Shown here piece by piece: positions 58,127 to 64,000 of a stretch of DNA of 64,000 bases. Origin of the DNA: Minisyncoccota bacterium (GTDB lineage Bacteria; Patescibacteriota; Minisyncoccia; Phycocordibacterales; UBA1006); the NCBI GenBank assembly GCA_022763365.1, contig JALEGN010000017.1:96-64095 (forward strand), written 5' to 3'. Below the pieces are notes generated by a model. It did not search any database and was not told the DNA's origin. It saw only the letters and a list, made by a program, of their open reading frames with translations. Each line of letters starts with the position of its first letter. Position 1 is the stretch's first letter. The translations under genes and the position numbers were made by a program.

Positions 58127-59209
58127 ATGAAAAAAATTCTAAAAACACTTGCAGTAGTACTTACTGTTATGGTAATGTCTTCGGTTGCAACAGCACAAAC
58201 AACTGATACATTTTTCTATAATCCAAATCAATTTAATACTTTTGCAAGCCCATTAAACTCATTCCAAAATGATGATGCCTTTTTCCAGTATATTTTAAGT
58301 CTGTATTATGGAGGTTCTTTTGGTAATCAAGGATTCTATAATCCAGGAACATATTATTATAATACTGGTTATAACTCCTCAGCGGGAACACCAGGCTTTA
58401 CCTATACGCAAACTTCAGGGTCTTCATCATCAAGCTCATCTTCAAATAGCTTTGATCGACCTGATGTAGAAACTGATAGTGCCCGAGATGTGGAAGATGA
58501 TTCTGCTGAATTGCGTGGAGAAATTGATATGAATGATGCACGTGATGGAATTGTTTTCTTTGTTTATGGTCAAGATGAAGACATGATTGAAGATGTCGAA
58601 GATGACTATGATGAATACGAAGATGTCGAAGATGACGAAGAAAATGATGATTTTGAGGTAGAGCGCGTCGACAGTAATTTCGATGGTGACGATGATTTCG
58701 AAGAAGAGGTTGATGGATTAGAAGAAGATGAAAGATATTATTTTGTACTCTGCGTTGAATATGAAGACGAGGACGATGATGAACGCCTAGAATGTGGAAG
58801 TGTCGAAGATTTTGAAACAGACGACGATAATAACGGTAATGATGAAGAGCCAGACGTCGATACAATCTCAGCAATTAATATTGATGATGATTCTGCAGAA
58901 CTACGTGGTGATGTTGACATGAATGACTTCAACGATGGTCGTGTATTCTTTGTATGGGGAGAAGACGAAGATATGGTTGAAGAAGTCGAGGACGAAGATC
59001 GGTTTAGTGATATTGATGAAGATGGTGATGACCTCCAGAGAGAATCAGTTGAAACAAATTTTGATGGTAATGATGCATTTGATTTAGAAATCTTTAATCT
59101 TGATGATGATACTGAGCATTTTTTCCGTATTTGTGTTGAATATGAAGACGAGGACGATGACGACACGCTTGAATGTGGAGATGTTGAAGAATTTGAAACA
59201 GATAATTAA
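58127..59209 (+). CDS. Secreted very acidic protein with two tandem FN3-like repeats
   Basis: Signal peptide; two copies of PDV.T..A..(V/I).DDSAELRG..DM...F.(L/I)CVEYEDEDDD..LECG.VE.FETD. Confidence 0.75.
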   Translation: MKKILKTLAVVLTVMVMSSVATAQTTDTFFYNPNQFNTFASPLNSFQNDDAFFQYILSLYYGGSFGNQGFYNPGTYYYNTGYNSSAGTPGFTYTQTSGSSSSSSSSNSFDRPDVETDSARDVEDDSAELRGEIDMNDARDGIVFFVYGQDEDMIEDVEDDYDEYEDVEDDEENDDFEVERVDSNFDGDDDFEEEVDGLEEDERYYFVLCVEYEDEDDDERLECGSVEDFETDDDNNGNDEEPDVDTISAINIDDDSAELRGDVDMNDFNDGRVFFVWGEDEDMVEEVEDEDRFSDIDEDGDDLQRESVETNFDGNDAFDLEIFNLDDDTEHFFRICVEYEDEDDDDTLECGDVEEFETDN

Positions 59210-59303
59210 TAATAAAAAAAGCTTACATCCGTAAGCTTTTTTTATTTTGATTCTTCAAATGGTATACTAAGGTTATATTATTATTTAACCGATATATTAT
59301 ATT

Positions 59304-60500
59304 ATGAAATTACCTTATACATTATTTTCATCTTTGGTGTTTGCTACCCTCATCTTATTTGGAGGTGGAATTGCTGTTGATGCCGCAACGTGTACATTCA
59401 CGCGTACCTTATCAGAAGGAGATGAGGGAGAAGACGTACGTTGTCTACAACGCTATTTAAACTCTGAAGGATATCAAATTGCTTCTTCTGGTGTTGGTTC
59501 ACCCGGAAAAGAAACCGATGAATTTAGAACCTTAACAAAAAATGCTGTCATGGATTGGCAACGAGGAAATGGACTTACCGCTGACGGTATTTTTGGTTCA
59601 GGTTCACGACGTGCCTATCAATCAGATACAACCCTTACTTCATCGGTAAATTCATCAACAACTGTTGATACTGTTGTTGCATCTGAAGCAGCATTAATTA
59701 TTGAACTAAAAGATCAGATTAATAAACTAAGCCAGTCTAATTCACAATCAGGTGGCTACCCAAGCTTTATTAAAAATACTACTGAAGATTTATTAGATGC
59801 TGATGATGATCTTGAAAAAGCTGATGATGATGGTGTCGATATTGATGATGCAGAGGAGGAATATGACAATGCATTACGTAACTTTGTACTTGCTATTTCA
59901 GCACTTATTTCTGGTAAAGATTCTGATGCTATGAAATATGCAGATCGTGCGGATGAGTACATTATAGATGTAAATCGAATTATCGAAGACGAAGAAGATA
60001 GCGAAGGTGACCTAGAAGAACAATTAGAAGACTACGACGATGAACTCGATGATCTTGAAGATGAAATTGAAGACGCTGAAGATGACGGAGAAGATGTCGA
60101 TGAAGCTGAAGATTTATTTGATGATGCTGAGGAGCTCTTAGAAGAGGCCGAGGAAGAATTTGAAGATAAAGATTACGAAGATGTTCGTGATGTACTAAAC
60201 GATCTCGATGATATTTTAGAAGACCTTTATGACGAACTCGATCTAGACCGAGAGGATGAAGAAGACGAAGCTGAAGAAGCAATCGAGGACGCAGAAGACG
60301 CTATTGACGAAGCCGAAGAAGCTATCGAAGAAGCTGATGATGACGGAGAAGACGTCGATGATGCAGAAGAACTCTTAGAAGAAGCTGAAGAGCTTCTAGA
60401 AGAGGCAGAAGAAGCATTTGATGATGAAGACTATGATGACGCCATTGAATTAGCCGAAGAAGCTGAAGAAAAAGCCGAAGAGGCTGAAGACGAATTATAA
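59304..60500 (+). CDS. Secreted peptidoglycan-binding-domain protein with acidic helical repeats
   Basis: CTFTRTLSEGDEGEDVRCLQRYLN...ADGIFG; D/E-rich repeats. Confidence 0.8.
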   Translation: MKLPYTLFSSLVFATLILFGGGIAVDAATCTFTRTLSEGDEGEDVRCLQRYLNSEGYQIASSGVGSPGKETDEFRTLTKNAVMDWQRGNGLTADGIFGSGSRRAYQSDTTLTSSVNSSTTVDTVVASEAALIIELKDQINKLSQSNSQSGGYPSFIKNTTEDLLDADDDLEKADDDGVDIDDAEEEYDNALRNFVLAISALISGKDSDAMKYADRADEYIIDVNRIIEDEEDSEGDLEEQLEDYDDELDDLEDEIEDAEDDGEDVDEAEDLFDDAEELLEEAEEEFEDKDYEDVRDVLNDLDDILEDLYDELDLDREDEEDEAEEAIEDAEDAIDEAEEAIEEADDDGEDVDDAEELLEEAEELLEEAEEAFDDEDYDDAIELAEEAEEKAEEAEDEL

Positions 60501-60548
60501 AATAAAAACCCTATAACTAGGGTTTTTATTTTTTGTTATACTTTGTAT

Positions 60549-60800
60549 ATGGAATATCTCATTGATGTACGAACACCTGAAGAATTTTTTGATGATCACT
60601 ACGATGGAGCAGTGAATCACGAATTACTGTTATTTGAGGATGAATTATTACCTGAATATTCAAAAGATGCAGATATTTATTTGTATTGCCGATCAGGAAA
60701 GCGGGCAGAACGGGCTCGCAAGATAATGTTGGATGCTGGATTTAAAAACGTTGTAAATCTGGGTGGATATAATCCAGAATTAGATAAAGAAGAGGAATAA
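60549..60800 (+). CDS. Single-domain rhodanese (PspE-like)
   Basis: IDVRTPEEF, YCRSGKRA. Confidence 0.85.
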   Translation: MEYLIDVRTPEEFFDDHYDGAVNHELLLFEDELLPEYSKDADIYLYCRSGKRAERARKIMLDAGFKNVVNLGGYNPELDKEEE

Positions 60801-60802
60801 GT

Positions 60803-61060
60803 ATGTATTACGTTTATATCCTCAGATGCTCTGACGATTCGCTATATACAGGTATTACTACTGATCTTAAACGTAGAGTTAAGGAACATAATGGAGAGAT
60901 TGTAGGGAAGGGAGCGCGTTACACACATGCCCGCAGACCAGTCTACATGGTATATCAGCAATCATTCAAAAATCGTAGCAGTGCAAGTCAGGAAGAGTCC
61001 CGCATCAAAAAAATGACGAAAATTCAAAAAGAAGAATTTATAAAAACCAATCAGAAGTAA
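60803..61060 (+). CDS. GIY-YIG nuclease (UPF0213/YhbQ-like)
   Basis: YYVYILRCSDDSLYTGITTDLKRR..EHN, GARYT. Confidence 0.9.
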   Translation: MYYVYILRCSDDSLYTGITTDLKRRVKEHNGEIVGKGARYTHARRPVYMVYQQSFKNRSSASQEESRIKKMTKIQKEEFIKTNQK

Positions 61061-61084
61061 TTGATTTTTATGTTATACTAGTGG

Positions 61085-61203
61085 TACTTTCATCGAGAGT
61101 GTAGCGAGAGATGTAACTCTATTACCTACCAGCAACCGAGAATTTATTCCACGGTGCTCCATTTACAGCTGATGACCCAAACTCAGAGAAATCGATGAAA
61201 GTA
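61085..61203 (+). ncRNA. SAM-I (S-box)-type riboswitch
   Basis: P1 TACTTTCATCGA/TCGATGAAAGTA; ATCGAGAG, GCAACC and ACGGTGC core; TGTAA/TTACA pseudoknot; lies upstream of metK, with promoter TGTTATACT at 61071-61079. Confidence 0.85.
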
Positions 61204-61233
61204 TATTATTCAATTAATATACTTTTATTTTTT
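61198..61233 (+). terminator. Candidate riboswitch expression-platform terminator
   Basis: AAAGTATATTA-ttcaat-TAATATACTTT followed by a T tract, just before the metK ATG. Confidence 0.55.
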
Positions 61234-62172
61234 ATGAAAAAAACTAATCAAGTTTTTACTGCAGAATACGTATCACCGAAACATCCTGACAAAATGTGTG
61301 ACCGTATTTCAGATGCTATTTTAGAAAAATTTACTAACCAGGATCCAAACAGTCGTGTTGCTGTTGAAACGCTTGGTGGACATGGCAAAGTCTTTATTGT
61401 TGGTGAGGTCACCAGTTCAGGAACAATAAAACAATCAGAATACGAACAGATTGTTGCTGATATTACTGGTGTTGATAGTTATGAAGTAATCGTTCATATT
61501 GTTCAGCAGTCTTCTGAAATTGCAACTGGAGTAAATACTGGTGGAGCTGGTGATCAGGGTATCGTCATTGGTTACGCTTGTAATCATAATAAAGAAATGA
61601 TTCCTCAGGAATTCTACCTCGCAAAATCATTATGTGGCTATTTATATAAAAAATATCCAGTAGATGGAAAAACACAAATTACGATTAATCAAAAACACGA
61701 AATTACGCACCTTGTTGCAAGTTTTCAAGGAACCAAAACACACAAATTAACAAAGATGATTTATCAATGGTTGAAAAGTAAAAAACATATAAAAGAAATT
61801 AAAATTTTAATTAATCCAGCTGGTGAATGGTCTATAGGTGGATTTGAGGCTGATACAGGTCTTACGGGTCGTAAAATTGTCATTGATCAATATGGGCCAC
61901 GGGTAGCTGTCGGTGGTGGTGCATTCTCAGGTAAAGATTGGACCAAAGTTGACCGTAGTGGAGCCAAATATGCACAATACATAGCTCAACAATTACTCAA
62001 CCAGCATAATGCAAAGGTAGTAAGCGTAGAGCTTGCCTACGCAATTGGTATTGTGGAGCCAGTTCAAAAAATTGCTTATATCGATAATGTAGCAACTGAA
62101 ATATTAGAATGGGATTGTAGCATGAATGGCATTAAGGAATTCAGAAACACTAAGCACCAAGAAATAATATGA
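61234..62172 (+). CDS. metK: S-adenosylmethionine synthetase (short form)
   Basis: HPDKMCDRISDA, GAGDQG, DGKTQ, DTGLTGRK, GGGAFSGKD.TKVDRS. Confidence 0.93.
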   Translation: MKKTNQVFTAEYVSPKHPDKMCDRISDAILEKFTNQDPNSRVAVETLGGHGKVFIVGEVTSSGTIKQSEYEQIVADITGVDSYEVIVHIVQQSSEIATGVNTGGAGDQGIVIGYACNHNKEMIPQEFYLAKSLCGYLYKKYPVDGKTQITINQKHEITHLVASFQGTKTHKLTKMIYQWLKSKKHIKEIKILINPAGEWSIGGFEADTGLTGRKIVIDQYGPRVAVGGGAFSGKDWTKVDRSGAKYAQYIAQQLLNQHNAKVVSVELAYAIGIVEPVQKIAYIDNVATEILEWDCSMNGIKEFRNTKHQEII

Positions 62173-62554
62173 TTTTGGAAATAATAAAAAGCCATAGTAG
62201 AGACTGTGACTTTTTATTTTGTGAGCCTTCAACAGATGCGACCCAATAAATTCATTGTGAGGTAATGCCTATTTAACTACAAATTGAGATTCCTGAATAA
62301 CCCTTCTCGTGTCTACTATTTTCAAGAAAATGTGACACTCATACAGCTTTTTCAAAAAGTTACAAAAGTGACACTGGTAGCACATATTACGTTACAGTGT
62401 AACGTAACTTTTTTACCTCAAGATACGCGAATATGCTACCTACCGTTAGCTCTGCATAGCTTAGCAAAAACCCATCTTGCGACATAATAGATACATGGAA
62501 CGAACAAATACAACACAGTAAATATCTTCAAATATAACGCACTCGGCAACCCGT

Positions 62555-63814
62555 GTGCGTTACTGCTTATACGCCAGAAAATCAACTGAATCAGATGAAA
62601 AACAAGCATTGTCCATCGATTCTCAAATTAATGAGATGAAACAAATCGCTGAGCGACTTCATCTCAATATTCTTTGTGTTAAACAAGAATCATATAGCGC
62701 TAAAGCTTCAGGTAAACGACCTGTATTTGCAGAGATTATCAAAGAGATCTCTGAAGAAAAATACAATGGAATATTAACGTGGGCACCTGACCGATTATCT
62801 CGTAACGCAGGCGATCTGGGTTCACTGGTTGACCTCATGGATCAAGGGAAACTCATTCATATACAGACCTATGGACGAACATTCAGTAATTCACCAAATG
62901 AAAAGTTCTTACTCATGATTCTGTGTTCACAAGCTAAGTTAGAGAATGATAACAAGAGCATCAATGTAAAACGAGGAATGAGAGCCAGATGTGAAATGGG
63001 ATTATGGCCGTGTCGACCTCCAACAGGATATACCAAGTCAAAACTGAAAGAGCAGAAATGTGTATCAGTCATTGATCAAGATCGTGCAGACGTAATTAAA
63101 CAAATGTTTGAAAAAATTGGATTAGATGGTTGGAGTGGAAACAAACTTCATAGATGGCTAAAAGAAATAGATTTCAGGACAGAACATGGAAAACATCTCA
63201 GTCTTGGTAATTTATACAGAATATTGAAAAACCACTTCTACTATGGACGATTTGAATACCCAAAGAATTCAGGAGATTGGTACAACGGAGTACATGAACC
63301 TATTATCGACAAGAAACTCTTTGAGATTGTTCAAGAACAAATACAAAGCCAAACCCTTGAACCACGAGCAATGCAAAAAGAGTTTGCATTCACCAAAATC
63401 ATGAAATGTGGATCTTGTGGCTCAGGTATCACTGCTGACGAGAAGTTCAAGAAACTGAAAGACGGAGGGGTTAATCGTCATATTTACTATCGTTGTTGTA
63501 AATCACGAGATCAGAATTGTAAAAACCCAGCGATCAATGAAACTGATTTAATATTACAGCTTAAAAAACTCATTGATGACCTCTCAATTACTTCATTACC
63601 AATGAGAGAGAAAATTACTAACGAAGTACAACGAATTAAGAAATTCTACTCAATGATGCTCGACGAGAAAGCACAGATTTATATTAAAAAGATTGATGTA
63701 CGAGATTATGGAAAATTTATCTTGCAAGAGGGGTCTGTTGACGAGAAGCGAGAATTTCTTGGTTGTTTGAAGAGTAAAGTAATACTAAGTAGCAAAATAG
63801 TTAAAATACATTAA
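62555..63814 (+). CDS. Large serine recombinase (resolvase + recombinase + Zn-ribbon domains)
   Basis: YARKST, DRLSRN, YYG...HEPII, CGSCG...YYRC...C. Confidence 0.9.
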   Translation: MRYCLYARKSTESDEKQALSIDSQINEMKQIAERLHLNILCVKQESYSAKASGKRPVFAEIIKEISEEKYNGILTWAPDRLSRNAGDLGSLVDLMDQGKLIHIQTYGRTFSNSPNEKFLLMILCSQAKLENDNKSINVKRGMRARCEMGLWPCRPPTGYTKSKLKEQKCVSVIDQDRADVIKQMFEKIGLDGWSGNKLHRWLKEIDFRTEHGKHLSLGNLYRILKNHFYYGRFEYPKNSGDWYNGVHEPIIDKKLFEIVQEQIQSQTLEPRAMQKEFAFTKIMKCGSCGSGITADEKFKKLKDGGVNRHIYYRCCKSRDQNCKNPAINETDLILQLKKLIDDLSITSLPMREKITNEVQRIKKFYSMMLDEKAQIYIKKIDVRDYGKFILQEGSVDEKREFLGCLKSKVILSSKIVKIH

Positions 63815-63855
63815 TACTTAAATTACCAACAATAGTAAATGAAATTGTATGTTTT

Positions 63856-64000
63856 TTACATCAATAGGCAATCAATATAGTCAGTAAGCATATGGAACAA
63901 TAATCCAATACCAACAATTTTAAAATACTTATTAGGCACAAATAACATAAGAAAATAAATTCCTATTGCGTAGGGCGTATGGAGAAAATGAAATCCAATG
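63856..64000 (-). CDS. Membrane protein C-terminus (DUF6122-like), 5'-truncated by the window edge
   Basis: Manual translation ...IGFHFLHTPYAIGIYFLMLFVPNKYFKIVGIGLLFHMLTDYIDCLLM*. Confidence 0.6.
   Translation of the reverse strand, partial: IGFHFLHTPYAIGIYFLMLFVPNKYFKIVGIGLLFHMLTDYIDCLLM

Noticed and set aside
58398-60282. Ser-, His- and Leu-rich minus-strand ORFs
   Set aside because: Antisense artefacts of GAA/GAT-rich acidic genes.
1-64000. Alternative genetic code (TGA read as Gly or Trp)
   Set aside because: Conserved genes are full length under code 11, and some genes (e.g. ending 15228, 32602, 52403) end at TGA.

Overview
Low-GC bacterial chromosome segment using the standard genetic code (TGA is a stop). 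The gene content (many GFTLIELL type IV prepilins, short ValS, a resolvase-type serine recombinase, leaderless genes) suggests a Patescibacteria/CPR (Parcubacteria-like) genome; this assignment is inference. The main signal is at 1.56-8.3 kb: seven full copies and one partial copy of a ~76-bp intergenic module separate five divergent pilin genes and several unrelated cargo genes. Each module has a tRNA-3'-end-like fragment (GTTCGAACATC-ATCCCAGTCTGCCAGC, resembling tRNA-Gln with a 5-nt T-loop insertion), a terminator hairpin, and an extended -10 promoter exactly 6 nt before the ATG. It reads like an integron-like, tRNA-att-anchored array of self-expressing gene cassettes; no integrase or intact tRNA-Gln lies in the window. 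Downstream are a metal-homeostasis cluster with a shared palindrome, lexA plus a Y-family polymerase with an SOS box, a GH130/PMM/PMI mannoside cluster, a small stress-protein cluster, and two photolyases next to a C50-type carotenoid pathway. Further on are typA, murJ, lepA, tRNA-Arg, tRNA-Phe, valS, tsaD, two very acidic secreted proteins, a SAM-I riboswitch before metK, and a serine recombinase.
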